NCBI GenBank assembly: GCA_964503755.1
Contig: CAZDBO010000004.1
Coordinates: 14,042 to 78,041 of the forward strand
Direction: 5' to 3'
Origin: an uncultured Candidatus Saccharibacteria bacterium
GTDB taxonomy: Bacteria > Patescibacteriota > Dojkabacteria > JAOAGR01
DNA: 64,000 bases
Position 1 is the first letter of the stretch. Every line of letters begins with the position of its first letter. Below, piece by piece: positions 44,920 to 55,120 of this stretch. The notes beneath the pieces were generated by a model that saw only the letters and a list, made by a program, of their open reading frames with translations, did not search any database and was not told where the DNA came from. The position numbers were made by a program, and so were the translations under genes.

Positions 44920-47835
44920 TCACAAACTTTCCATTCTTACTTGTACTGTATGATCATCAACTTCAATAGAAAAACTACCAGCATCCAAATTTGTCATGAC
45001 AATCTCTTTTATAAATACCTCAGCTTTTAATTTATCTGTGAACTCATGTACCAATGCTTTCACAACATCCGAATCTGTATCTAAAAAGATTTTTATCATT
45101 TGTCCCATTTGCATACCATTTTGCTTCCGTAATACCTGTAATTCTCGCTTTAATTCGGCATATAGTCCTTCTTTTCTAAGTTCATCATTAATATCAGTAT
45201 CCAAATATACAACACAGTAATCATTTTCTGTCGATGGCATATTTTGAATTTCGTGATTCTCAACTCTTACTTCTTTGACATTTACTTCATCTTTTACAAC
45301 TTCAAGATATTCCTGACCTAGTGTTCTATCAGATTTGAATACTACTACCAACCTGGACAGAGGCTGTTTTACTTTTATACCATTTTCCGAACGTATAAAA
45401 AGACCAAAAGTACAAATATCTCGTGTCATATCCATATTTTCTATAAGACTAGAGTCATAAGCATCAAAATCAGGATAATCTTCCATATGAATAGATTCTT
45501 TAGCATCCGCGATAAATGGTCTTACAATATTTTGATACATATATTCAGGCAAAAATGGGGCAAATGGTGCTAGCAAAAGAATACCTTTTGTAAATACATA
45601 ATACAAAGTTTCTAAAGCGTCTTTTTCTCCATTAGCAAACCTATCTCTACTTCGTCTAATAAACCATTTTGAAATATCTAGGAAGAACGCCTTCACAGTT
45701 TCCATAGACTTTTGGATATCATAATTATCCATATATTTTGTAACCTCTATTGCAGTCTGTTTTAATCTCTCTACAACCCATCTATCTAATATATTGTATT
45801 TGGATTTTAATTCATAATTTTTATAAAAATTTGGCTCAGGTGTCCAATTATTCAATTCTGCATAAGTTGTAAGATAAACATAAATATTCCAAAAAGGAAT
45901 TAAAAATTCTTGCTGAATAGTACGTGCAGTTTTATCAGAGATAGTTGCATCTTCGCATCTCACAATAGGAGTTGAGAAGAAATTTATACGCATAGTATCA
46001 CCACCATAGTTTTGTATCATTACAAGTGGATCTGTATAGTTTTTTTTGCTTTTACTCAATTTTTGTCCGTTATCATCTAACACTAATCCATTTACGACAA
46101 CATTCTCGAAAGCTTCTTTTCCAAACAAAGCAGTACCTATAGCATGTAGTGTATAAAACCAGCCTCTTGTCTGATCTACTCCTTCGGAGATAAACTGGGC
46201 CGGATATTTTTGCTCAAATTTTTCTTTATTTTCAAACGGATAATGGAACCTAGCAAATGGCATTGCGCCAGAGTCATACCATACATCCAATACGTCAGGT
46301 ATACGAGTATACGTTTCACCTTCGTATTCAAAAGTTATCTCGTCTATGTATGGTCTATGTGGATCATCGATTCTTTTACCAGATAATTTCTCTAACTCCT
46401 CATAAGATCCTATTACCATTACTTTTCCTGATGGACTTTTCCATATCGGTAGCGGAGTACCCCAATATCTAAATCTTGATATAGACCAATCTTTTATTTC
46501 AGCCAACCAATTTCCAAATCTACCTTCTTTGATATGTTCAGGTATCCAATTTATTCTTCTATTGTTTTCTACCAACTTATCACGTATCTTACTGACCGCT
46601 ATATACCACGAAGTAATAGGTTTGTAGATCAAGGGTGTGTTCGTGCGCCAACAAATAGGCATATCGTGTTCATAATCTTCATATTTGAAAAGTAAATTTT
46701 TATTCTTTAAATATTCAACAATCTTGGGATTCGCATCACGATAATTCATACCTGCAAAATCCTTTATTACATCCAAAAAGTCACCTTGATCATCCAACAC
46801 ATCAATTGATTTTATTCCAATTTGATTGAAAATCTCATTATCCTCTGCACCGTAAGGCGCTAAATGTACAACGCCAGTTCCAGATTCTGTAGTCACATGA
46901 AAGCCATAAACAACTTTGAAACAATTTTCCCTACCTATGAAATAATCAAATAATGGTTCATATTCCAGGTCAACAAGAGTTTCAGGACTAACATCAGCAT
47001 CCAATACATGATATTTTCGATCAGCAAAAACTTTTTCTATCAATTCATTTGCTACATAAAAATTTTCCCCGTCAGAATGAACTTTTGAATATGTGATATT
47101 TTCTCCAACAGCCAATGCAAAATTTGTCGGCAATGTCCAGGGTGTAGTAGTCCAAGCAAGTATGTATTCGTTATCTCGGTCTTTAATTTTGAATTTAACA
47201 GTTACAGCTGGATCAACTACTGGTTTATATCCACCAAGTGCCACCTCTGCATTAGAAAGTACAGTACCACCACGCGTAGAATATGGAACAACCTTAAATC
47301 CTTCATACAGCAAACCCTTATTATAAAGCTCTTTCAAAGACCACCAAATAGACTCAATATAACCTTTATCCATTGTTGCATATTCTTCTCTATCATTAGT
47401 CAGACGTCCCATTTTTTTCTCTAGCTCAACAATACCAGCCCTATACTTTAGTACCAAATTTCTACAATCTTCATTGAATTTTGCTACACCGTATCTTTCA
47501 ATATCCTTTTTTTCTTTGAATTGATGAATTTTCTCTACTTCTATTTCTACAGGTAAACCTTGACAATCCCATCCCAAGGATCTTTCAACCTTGTATCCTT
47601 TCATCGTCCAATATCTAGGGATTAAGTCTTTAATAGCAAATGTAAGCATATGACCATGATGTGGATCACCGTTTGCCGTTATTGGCCCATCATAAAATGT
47701 TTTTACTTTATCATTTGGTCTTACATCTATTGATTTGTTTAATATATCGTTTTCTTCCCAAAATTTTAGTATTTCTTGTTCTATTTGATAAAAATTTACT
47801 TTTTGTTTTTCTCTCTTTATTTTTTTATTTGACAT
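44920..47835 (-). CDS. ileS: isoleucine--tRNA ligase
   Basis: HMGH and KMSKS (KLSKSKKN) class I motifs, 971 aa. Confidence 0.95.
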   Translation of the reverse strand: MSNKKIKREKQKVNFYQIEQEILKFWEENDILNKSIDVRPNDKVKTFYDGPITANGDPHHGHMLTFAIKDLIPRYWTMKGYKVERSLGWDCQGLPVEIEVEKIHQFKEKKDIERYGVAKFNEDCRNLVLKYRAGIVELEKKMGRLTNDREEYATMDKGYIESIWWSLKELYNKGLLYEGFKVVPYSTRGGTVLSNAEVALGGYKPVVDPAVTVKFKIKDRDNEYILAWTTTPWTLPTNFALAVGENITYSKVHSDGENFYVANELIEKVFADRKYHVLDADVSPETLVDLEYEPLFDYFIGRENCFKVVYGFHVTTESGTGVVHLAPYGAEDNEIFNQIGIKSIDVLDDQGDFLDVIKDFAGMNYRDANPKIVEYLKNKNLLFKYEDYEHDMPICWRTNTPLIYKPITSWYIAVSKIRDKLVENNRRINWIPEHIKEGRFGNWLAEIKDWSISRFRYWGTPLPIWKSPSGKVMVIGSYEELEKLSGKRIDDPHRPYIDEITFEYEGETYTRIPDVLDVWYDSGAMPFARFHYPFENKEKFEQKYPAQFISEGVDQTRGWFYTLHAIGTALFGKEAFENVVVNGLVLDDNGQKLSKSKKNYTDPLVMIQNYGGDTMRINFFSTPIVRCEDATISDKTARTIQQEFLIPFWNIYVYLTTYAELNNWTPEPNFYKNYELKSKYNILDRWVVERLKQTAIEVTKYMDNYDIQKSMETVKAFFLDISKWFIRRSRDRFANGEKDALETLYYVFTKGILLLAPFAPFLPEYMYQNIVRPFIADAKESIHMEDYPDFDAYDSSLIENMDMTRDICTFGLFIRSENGIKVKQPLSRLVVVFKSDRTLGQEYLEVVKDEVNVKEVRVENHEIQNMPSTENDYCVVYLDTDINDELRKEGLYAELKRELQVLRKQNGMQMGQMIKIFLDTDSDVVKALVHEFTDKLKAEVFIKEIVMTNLDAGSFSIEVDDHTVQVRMESL

Positions 47836-47860
47836 AGTTTTTTTATTAATAAAACTAAAT

Positions 47861-47894
47861 AAAAAAGGCTCCCTGAAAAATTCAGGGAGCCTTT
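47861..47894 (-). terminator. Strong intrinsic terminator on the minus strand (GGCTCCCTGAA stem, AAA loop, then a U-run), 25 nt upstream of the ileS start codon
   Basis: Perfect 11-bp stem read directly. Confidence 0.7.
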
Positions 47895-48081
47895 AATGCT
47901 CGTTACCGTCCTGGTTCCTTGTATGGTCAAAACTTTAACAATGCCATACAAGCTTTCATAGTCCGTTTCGTGAACCACACGTTGGGTTTTACTGACATGA
48001 ATAAATCATGCTTTCTTCCCAATCCCTCGCTGCTGATAACAGCTAATAACGGGAATTTAAGCTTAAATGATTGTAAATGAT
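47895..48081 (-). promoter_or_regulatory. GC-elevated leader between rplY and ileS ending in the terminator above. Candidate T-box or attenuator leader for ileS.
   Basis: A terminator abutting the start codon. A possible specifier-like UUAUCAG (AUC, Ile) sits in a CUG...CAG hairpin. The segment GGAACCAGGACGGTAACG resembles the T-box consensus only partially. Confidence 0.3.
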
Positions 48082-48738
48082 TTACTCTTTATCGTCAACT
48101 TCTTCCTCTTTATCTGATTGTTGCGATGCTAAAATCTCTTGTGTAACAGCATTTACATCTATTGTTTCCTCAGTAGTAGATGCGGACGTTGTAGCAATTG
48201 TTAATTCTTTATCTTCTTCACGAACAAGTGAAATGCCTTCTGGAAGTTGTATATCACCAACACTAATACTCTCTCCTGCTCGTAGATTTTTTACGTCAAC
48301 GACAATCTCATGAGGGATATTTGCAGGAAGACCTCTAACTTCGATTTCATCTGTTACTTGTATCACAATCAAACCTTGTTCTTTTACAGCGATAGAAATT
48401 TCCTCATTTATAAGCACTACAGGCACCTTTGTTGTTATTTCCTCATCCATCTTTACCTCACGAAATGTAACATGAATATAATCTCTAGTCACCGGATCAA
48501 TCTGAACCTCATCAATAAATACATTGTGTACTGTATCATTCAACTTCAATTTTATAATAGTTGTATGTCCCGCCTCACGAAATAATGAATCAAATTGTTT
48601 TTTATCGACTACAGTGTTAAAATTACCTTTATATCCATAAATGGATGAAGGCAATTTACCTTGTCTTCTTAATGATTTATTTTTTTTACCCAATACTTCT
48701 CTTAAGGTTGCTTGTAAAGTTAATTTTGATGTTGACAT
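48082..48738 (-). CDS. rplY: 50S ribosomal protein L25 / general stress protein Ctc, with an acidic C-terminal tail
   Basis: L25/Ctc N-terminal beta-barrel region, 218 aa. Confidence 0.75.
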   Translation of the reverse strand: MSTSKLTLQATLREVLGKKNKSLRRQGKLPSSIYGYKGNFNTVVDKKQFDSLFREAGHTTIIKLKLNDTVHNVFIDEVQIDPVTRDYIHVTFREVKMDEEITTKVPVVLINEEISIAVKEQGLIVIQVTDEIEVRGLPANIPHEIVVDVKNLRAGESISVGDIQLPEGISLVREEDKELTIATTSASTTEETIDVNAVTQEILASQQSDKEEEVDDKE

Positions 48739-49187
48739 AACTTTTTTGATATTATCCTCACCGCAGAAAATCTGCGATTACTTTAAATATCAGCAAATGA
48801 TAACATAAAAATTTTAATAATCAATAAGTATTAAATCTTGATAACCAATTAATTATAAAAATACCAAATACAATTCGCCCATTATAACTTTTAGTAAAAT
48901 TAGGTTAATCTAAAACTTTATCTTGAATCAAGAATACACATCAAAAATAGATATTTGTTTTATAAAATAAAATTCGAAGAATTAAAACGCAAGAATTGAA
49001 GAATTATTGATTTTTGTTGAAAAATTATATTTATGTTACTCAAAATCATGAAAATCATGAAAATCAACAAAATTTATTATAATTAAGATATACATAAATT
49101 TCTTTATTTATTCAGGCCGATATAACATCAGAAATTTGACCATAGAAAGAAAAGTTCTTTATCTTTTCTCTTATACAGTGTCGTTTT

Positions 49188-49261
49188 TGGCTTCCCCGCT
49201 AGGATTCGAACCTAGACCAGAGCGTTAACAGCGCACTGTGCTACCATTACACCACAGGGAA
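49188..49261 (-). tRNA. tRNA-Asn (anticodon GTT)
   Basis: Hand-folded. U1-A72 acceptor as in E. coli tRNA-Asn, D-arm GTGT-AATGGTA-GCAC, anticodon loop CTGTTAA, T-arm CTAGG-TTCGAAT-CCTAG, discriminator G, encoded CCA. Confidence 0.8.
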
Positions 49262-49765
49262 CCGACCAATGTATTCTAGCAATATATCAATATCATGTCA
49301 AAATAGAAACACAATAAACTTAATATTCACATATAGATACATTTAGTATAATACTTTTCGAAAACTTAAAATTTATTTATGTAAAATATCTATACAACAT
49401 AATTTTTTATAATTCAAAAAATCTAAAAAACCCGTTGAGCCTCATCCAGCTAACTGACTAGAACAATCCTGTCCTACTCTACAACAAACTCCCTGGCCTT
49501 GTGCATTTCTACCAGCACAATATTCTCACCCACCACAAAATCTGTCATGACATATTTGATTACATACAGTTTCTGCACTTGTACCTGGTGGTGCACACTT
49601 GTTATTGCCATCTTCACATTGTATTGGTTGACAACGATTTGACGGACATTGAGCGTAACTTATTTGATCACATGGCAATGTATCTATTGGATTGGGACTT
49701 GTGTTAGATGATGGGGGTGTTTGAGTTGGTTGAGGATTTTGAGAAGGTGGTCTATTACTACCACT

Positions 49766-50221
49766 TCAATCACTACCACCACTACCTCCTGTTGGATTTG
49801 GCAATCGAGTTGGTATCCTACTTGGATCTTGAGGCATTGAACAGTTTGTAGCAATACAATTATTTTGTAATGCTATATTTGCCGCTTGATATGATTGTGC
49901 CCATGCATGTACCTGTTGATTAATATTTGAACAGTCTTCTCTATCACATATACTACGCACTGAATTTTCACAACCCCTTCTAGCTTCATTAGTATTATCA
50001 TTACATTTTTGAGCCAAACATTGATTTATACATGTAGTATATTCTCTATATTTATTTTTCCATTCTCTTCTAATGTTTTCTACTTCAACATATTCATTAG
50101 AACATAATACATAATAATTTGCGGCCGTATCCTCCGGATTTACATTCCTATTCATTATCGTATACGCCAGATAACCCGCAACACCCAAAAGTAAAAATAT
50201 AAATACAAAAATTATTATCAA
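49766..50221 (-). CDS. Cys-rich secreted or membrane-anchored protein (N-terminal TM, 12 Cys). The coding signal continues past the TGA for another ~107 codons containing a second in-frame TGA, down to about 49442.
   Basis: Manual translation beyond the stop: SGSNRPPSQNPQPTQTPPSS...CDQISYAQCPSNRCQPIQCEDGNNKCAPPGTSAETVCNQICHDRFCGG*EYCAGRNAQGQGVCCRVGQDCSSQLAG*. Confidence 0.5.
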   Translation of the reverse strand: MIIIFVFIFLLLGVAGYLAYTIMNRNVNPEDTAANYYVLCSNEYVEVENIRREWKNKYREYTTCINQCLAQKCNDNTNEARRGCENSVRSICDREDCSNINQQVHAWAQSYQAANIALQNNCIATNCSMPQDPSRIPTRLPNPTGGSGGSD

Positions 50222-50361
50222 TAAAACCCTTCTTCGATCCCTCGCGGATCAAACAAACTTAACCTTTTATTAAACATACCTGTACCTGTACCTATAACTA
50301 TATTTATGCTAGCAAAATGTATTAGTATTTACAATCTAAGCGATAAATAAAATAATGGAAT

Positions 50362-50958
50362 ATGAAAATCATACCAGCTTTACTTGAGGACAATAAACAA
50401 GAATTAATATTAAAAATCCATGAATTATCAAAATATTTTGATCATATTCATATTGATCTTATTACAAATCATTACAAATATTTGCACGATACAATTACAT
50501 TAAACGAAATTTCTGCCGCTGTAGAAAAATTCCCGAATATAAAATTTGACCTCCATATCATGTCTTCACACTATGGTGAATGCTTAGTCAACAATGAATT
50601 CACACAATATTTTGACAAAATTTTTGTGCATATAGAAAATAAGATCAAAATAGATATTCAAAAATATTCAAATATAGTTTATGCATTTGATCTACATACA
50701 CATATATTTGATTACAAACAAATTATAGAATCAGCTGACGAAATATTACTTATGTCAGTGCCAGCTGGCAAACAGGGACAGAAATTTAACATTGTTACAT
50801 ATGAAAAAATAAGAAAAATTGTGCTTTTGAATCCCGAAATAAAAATATATTTAGACGGAGGTATAAAAATGCAAATTTATGAAAAACTAAAAAATAACAA
50901 GAATATAAAAAGTTTAATAGTAGGTAGTCATATCGATGATTTTATAAATAAAACATGA
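50362..50958 (+). CDS. Ribulose-phosphate 3-epimerase-like protein. Divergent; some catalytic residues are not evident.
   Basis: LLMSVPAGKQGQ and IYLDGGI resemble the Rpe LLMSVNPGFGGQ and IEVDGGI. Confidence 0.45.
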   Translation: MKIIPALLEDNKQELILKIHELSKYFDHIHIDLITNHYKYLHDTITLNEISAAVEKFPNIKFDLHIMSSHYGECLVNNEFTQYFDKIFVHIENKIKIDIQKYSNIVYAFDLHTHIFDYKQIIESADEILLMSVPAGKQGQKFNIVTYEKIRKIVLLNPEIKIYLDGGIKMQIYEKLKNNKNIKSLIVGSHIDDFINKT

Positions 50959-50969
50959 AATAATTTAAT

Positions 50970-52877
50970 GTGAATCTTAAAGATATCAAAGGAATAAGCA
51001 CAAGAATAGAAAAATTATTAAGAAAATTAGAAATTTATACCATCGAAGATTTACTCTTGCATCCACCAATAAGGTATATTGACAGAAGAAGATACTTACC
51101 AATTTCAGACATTTTTCTAACACACGATGAAAATTGGCATTCCACAGGAAAAATAAAGGACGTAGATAAAGTACGTACAAAAAGAGGTAAAAATTTAATC
51201 ACCGCAATTATCGAGGATAATACATCATATATCAAAATTATTTGGTTTAATAGCGATTATTTGCTACCAATACTTCTTAGCAGTAAATACATCGCTTTTT
51301 CAGGCATTGTATACGACAAATCAATATACAATCCTAAATTTGTCATATTAGAAAATCTTGAAGAAATCCCGAAAAAGCTGGCAAAAATAGAAGTAAAATA
51401 TCCAGAAACAGCGGGTATAAATTCTGCTACTATTTCTAAAATCATAAAAAATGGACTAGATGTATACGAAATCAAAGAAACTTTACCAAGTGAAATATTG
51501 GAAAAAGAAAATTTAGTATCAAAAAGACTAGCAATAAAATACCTACACTTTCCAGAAAACGAAATAAATATCAAAAAGGCAAAAGAAAGACTAGCTTTTG
51601 AAGAAATTTATACACTTATTCAAAAAATTAAAGAAAATAAAATTATCATAGTTTCACACGAATCATTTGCTATCAAAATCGATCAAAATTTAAACCAAAA
51701 CATAATAGAAACTTTAGATTATGAGCTTACGATGTCACAAAAAGAAGCTATACAAGAAATTTTTTCTGACATCTCAAAAAACAAGCCTATGTATAGACTA
51801 ATAAATGGTGATGTAGGCTCTGGAAAAACAATTCTAGCAATACTGGCTGCATCACAGGTATCACGAAATAACTTAATGACTCTAGTTTTAGCCCCAACAG
51901 AAATTTTAGCTAATCAACATTTTGAATCTTTCAATAAAATTCTATCAAAATATGATATACCTATAATACTTTGGACAAGTTCGATAAAGCACAAGAATAT
52001 TCAACCCAATTCCATAGTTATAGGAACACACGCTCTGATTCATCACACCCAAAATTGGAACAATGTAGGTCTCGTAATCATAGATGAGCAACACAAATTT
52101 GGAGTCAAACAAAGAGAAATTCTCACAACTTTGCAAAATGAAAACAAAATACCCCATTCATTATCAATGTCCGCAACACCTATACCGCGCACTGTTGCTC
52201 TGACATTTTTTGGTGATATAGGTGTAAGCTTTATAGAAAAACCAAAAAAAAGAAAAAAAATTGTTACTAGAATAATTACAAATGCGGATATTGAAAACAA
52301 AATGATTGAATGGATAAAAAATAAAATTATTCTCGAAAATGTGCAAGTGTACGTAGTGTGTCCTTTGATAGAAGAAACCTCTAAATCAGATCTCAAATCA
52401 GTCCAGAAAATTTATGAGCATTACAGATTGATATTTGGAGAGGACAAAGTCGGATTATTACATGGTAAGATGAAGGCAAAAGAAAAAGATGATGTGATAA
52501 AAAATTTTATAGAAAGAAAATTTCACATTTTAGTTAGCACAACTGTTATAGAAGTAGGCATCAATAATCCCAATGCAACAATAATGATAATACAAAGTGC
52601 AGAAAGATTTGGCCTTGCACAACTCCATCAAATACGCGGCCGTGTGGGACGCGGTAGTGATCAATCTTATTGCTTTCTAATACCAACAAATTATGAAATA
52701 AATAAAAGATTAGAATTCTTTGAAAAAACAGAAAATGGCTATGAACTGGCAGAATATGATCTAATGTTACGAGGTCCTGGAGAAGTTTATGGTACTTTAC
52801 AATCTGGCATACCAAACTTAAAATTTGCAAATATTTTAGATAAAAATTTAATAAATAAAGTTAAAAAGTATATATAG
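50970..52877 (+). CDS. recG: ATP-dependent DNA helicase RecG
   Basis: Wedge/OB region plus SF2 helicase motifs (GDVGSGKT, DEQHKFG, QLHQIRGRVGRG). Confidence 0.85.
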   Translation: MNLKDIKGISTRIEKLLRKLEIYTIEDLLLHPPIRYIDRRRYLPISDIFLTHDENWHSTGKIKDVDKVRTKRGKNLITAIIEDNTSYIKIIWFNSDYLLPILLSSKYIAFSGIVYDKSIYNPKFVILENLEEIPKKLAKIEVKYPETAGINSATISKIIKNGLDVYEIKETLPSEILEKENLVSKRLAIKYLHFPENEINIKKAKERLAFEEIYTLIQKIKENKIIIVSHESFAIKIDQNLNQNIIETLDYELTMSQKEAIQEIFSDISKNKPMYRLINGDVGSGKTILAILAASQVSRNNLMTLVLAPTEILANQHFESFNKILSKYDIPIILWTSSIKHKNIQPNSIVIGTHALIHHTQNWNNVGLVIIDEQHKFGVKQREILTTLQNENKIPHSLSMSATPIPRTVALTFFGDIGVSFIEKPKKRKKIVTRIITNADIENKMIEWIKNKIILENVQVYVVCPLIEETSKSDLKSVQKIYEHYRLIFGEDKVGLLHGKMKAKEKDDVIKNFIERKFHILVSTTVIEVGINNPNATIMIIQSAERFGLAQLHQIRGRVGRGSDQSYCFLIPTNYEINKRLEFFEKTENGYELAEYDLMLRGPGEVYGTLQSGIPNLKFANILDKNLINKVKKYI

Positions 52878-52900
52878 TTTTTGCCTCCATAGAAACATTA

Positions 52901-53887
52901 ATGTTATAATACACTATCTTAAAGTCTAGTCAAAAATCAAAAAATCTCGTTATAGTAACTTTATTCGCTTTATCAGTTGTAATAACTAGTGTAATAATAT
53001 TTTCATACTCTCCTGATGAAACAATCAGAGCAAACAATATAATTACCCAGATACAAAAAAGATTAAACCAAAATTCTGCTGAAACCTCACAAGAAACTAA
53101 AATCGAAGAAAAACCTTCTAATAACTGAACTAACAATTCAAATTCACTATCACAATCTAGTAAATTAGCAAACAACACACCAACGCCCAGTCCTACAACG
53201 TCAACTATACAAACAACTCTCCAATCTACCAATCCAACTTCAATACCAACACCAAATCCAACAACATCAGTACAATCTCAAACTACACCGACCCCAACCA
53301 ATCCTAGTGTAACTCCAACAAAAATACCAAATGTTGTTGTAAATTATCCTGTTACACCTCCTTCGGACATTAGAGATATCCCAGTCTACAAAAGAAGTTT
53401 TCGAAAACTTGGTGGAAAAACAGCTTGCGAAATGTTTACTAATGAGATGGCGAATAAAGTATTTAATCAGCCATCACGTGCCTTAAGAGAGGGTGAAGAG
53501 TATACCATCAGTGAAGTTTCTGATGAATTTGCAGGTCGTGATAGAACTGATGTCCGTGCATATCGTACAACTTCTGATGATAAGTTTATTTACTTTAATG
53601 TATTTGAAACCACCTCTGAAGAAAATTATTTTTACGTATTAGAAATTTATAGAAAACAGTTGGAAGAAAGAGGAATTGACACTAAAGATTTCTACAAAAA
53701 TTATGGCGGTGGAGAAACAATGGGAGATATTTTAGCAATGAAACAATATATGGATATGGAAAATTTTTCTGAAGCAATTGTGGTTCTAAATTACGGACAA
53801 TATGTAATGTATGTAAACACAAATTTGAACTCTAAAGAAAAAATAATCATGCTTACAGAGATGATGAAAGAACAAGGAATAAATTAG
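52901..53887 (+). pseudogene. Disrupted gene for a secreted PT-linker protein. The ATG at 52901 overlaps a TATAAT box. In-frame TAA at codon 3 and TGA at 53126. A signal-anchor and Thr/Pro-rich linker precede the intact 151-aa 3' ORF.
   Basis: Manual translation: ML*YTILKSSQKSKNLVIVTLFALSVVITSVIIFSY...KPSNN*TNNSN...TPTPSPTTST... in frame with the 53432 ORF. Confidence 0.45.
53432..53887 (+). CDS. Intact 3' ORF of the locus above (151 aa). Could still be expressed from an internal start.
   Basis: ORF track. Confidence 0.35.
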   Translation: MFTNEMANKVFNQPSRALREGEEYTISEVSDEFAGRDRTDVRAYRTTSDDKFIYFNVFETTSEENYFYVLEIYRKQLEERGIDTKDFYKNYGGGETMGDILAMKQYMDMENFSEAIVVLNYGQYVMYVNTNLNSKEKIIMLTEMMKEQGIN

Positions 53888-54313
53888 TTTAATTAGCATT
53901 GGATCGTAGAAAAGTTTCTAAATATAACTTTATAAGGTTAATAAAACAAATTTAAGGAATATCTATAAAAATAATTTTTAACATAACATTATCTCCGCAT
54001 AAATTATTAATTTACATTGTGTTTTATACAATACATATCCAATATTTTGAAATATGACTCTATGATCCAAAACAGTAAATTTACTTTAATTTTATAAATC
54101 AAATACAGATTAATTTATAAGAAGATTATTGAAATACAAATTTATATCTCAACTAATATAAATCCTAAATTACTCAAATGAACTTGAGTGAAATTTCGTA
54201 GAATTAAAAAATATATTGGCGGATTATTTTCAACAAGATCATCTCTTAAGATTTAACAATACCCGGTTTGAAATAAAATGAAATTATAAGTACTAAAAAA
54301 CAAATAATCCAAT

Positions 54314-55066
54314 TTATGAAGTTAACTGTTTATGAATTTGTTTTATTTCATTAATATATACTTTTACTCGATTTACCCACTTAGAACCTTTATTATCTTC
54401 ATAACAATCTGGACAGTAATATCTGACCATAATTTCAGGTTTATAACCTGTACCAGAATAACCCTTTGCAAGACCCTTGCTAACAACTTCTATTGCATGC
54501 TCCCACGAATCAAAATAAGACCAACGCCCATACTTGCTTCCTCCCATCCATCCCCAGGCATTGTAAGAATTGATATTTCCATATCTCGGTACGAATCTAC
54601 CAAAACTAGATTCTATACCTGATATCGCTACCAAAATTGGCCATTGCTGTCCAAAGTTATTTGCATCAGCATGTTTTACAAAAGCATCGGCGACCGACAT
54701 AGACGCCATAGGTGAATTATACTTTCTGAGAAATATAAAAACAGCAACCACACGTGGATCACCACTTTCTGTATTTATTTTTATTGTATCAATTGAAATT
54801 GGAGTACTTTTTGATATTTCAGCATTATAAGTAATTATCTCGTCATAGTTATGCCCTAAACCAACAATTAGTGATTCAGCCTCCAATTTATTGTTGCTTA
54901 CATTTGGAATATAAATAGACGTAAAAGCTAAAAGGAGTAGAATCAACAAAACAACAATCATACCACTAAAACTTATTTTCTTTAATTTATTTAAAAAATA
55001 GTGCCGTTCAATTTTTACCTTAACTCTGTTTAAATCAATTAAACCTTCTAGTAGGTTATTAGACAT
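54314..55066 (-). CDS. Membrane-anchored peptidoglycan hydrolase with a glucosaminidase (FlgJ/LytD-type) domain
   Basis: VAISGIESSFGRF...NSYNAWGW resembles the Glucosaminidase family motif. N-terminal TM. Confidence 0.5.
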   Translation of the reverse strand: MSNNLLEGLIDLNRVKVKIERHYFLNKLKKISFSGMIVVLLILLLLAFTSIYIPNVSNNKLEAESLIVGLGHNYDEIITYNAEISKSTPISIDTIKINTESGDPRVVAVFIFLRKYNSPMASMSVADAFVKHADANNFGQQWPILVAISGIESSFGRFVPRYGNINSYNAWGWMGGSKYGRWSYFDSWEHAIEVVSKGLAKGYSGTGYKPEIMVRYYCPDCYEDNKGSKWVNRVKVYINEIKQIHKQLTS

Positions 55067-55120
55067 GATAAGTTTTATTAATCTATATTAGAATATCTGT
55101 AAAAGTTTGTAAAATACATT

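Noticed and set aside
49030-49075. Tandem aaatcatga x2.5 repeat upstream of tRNA-Asn
   Set aside because: A very short simple-sequence duplication in AT-rich intergenic DNA with no further structure.
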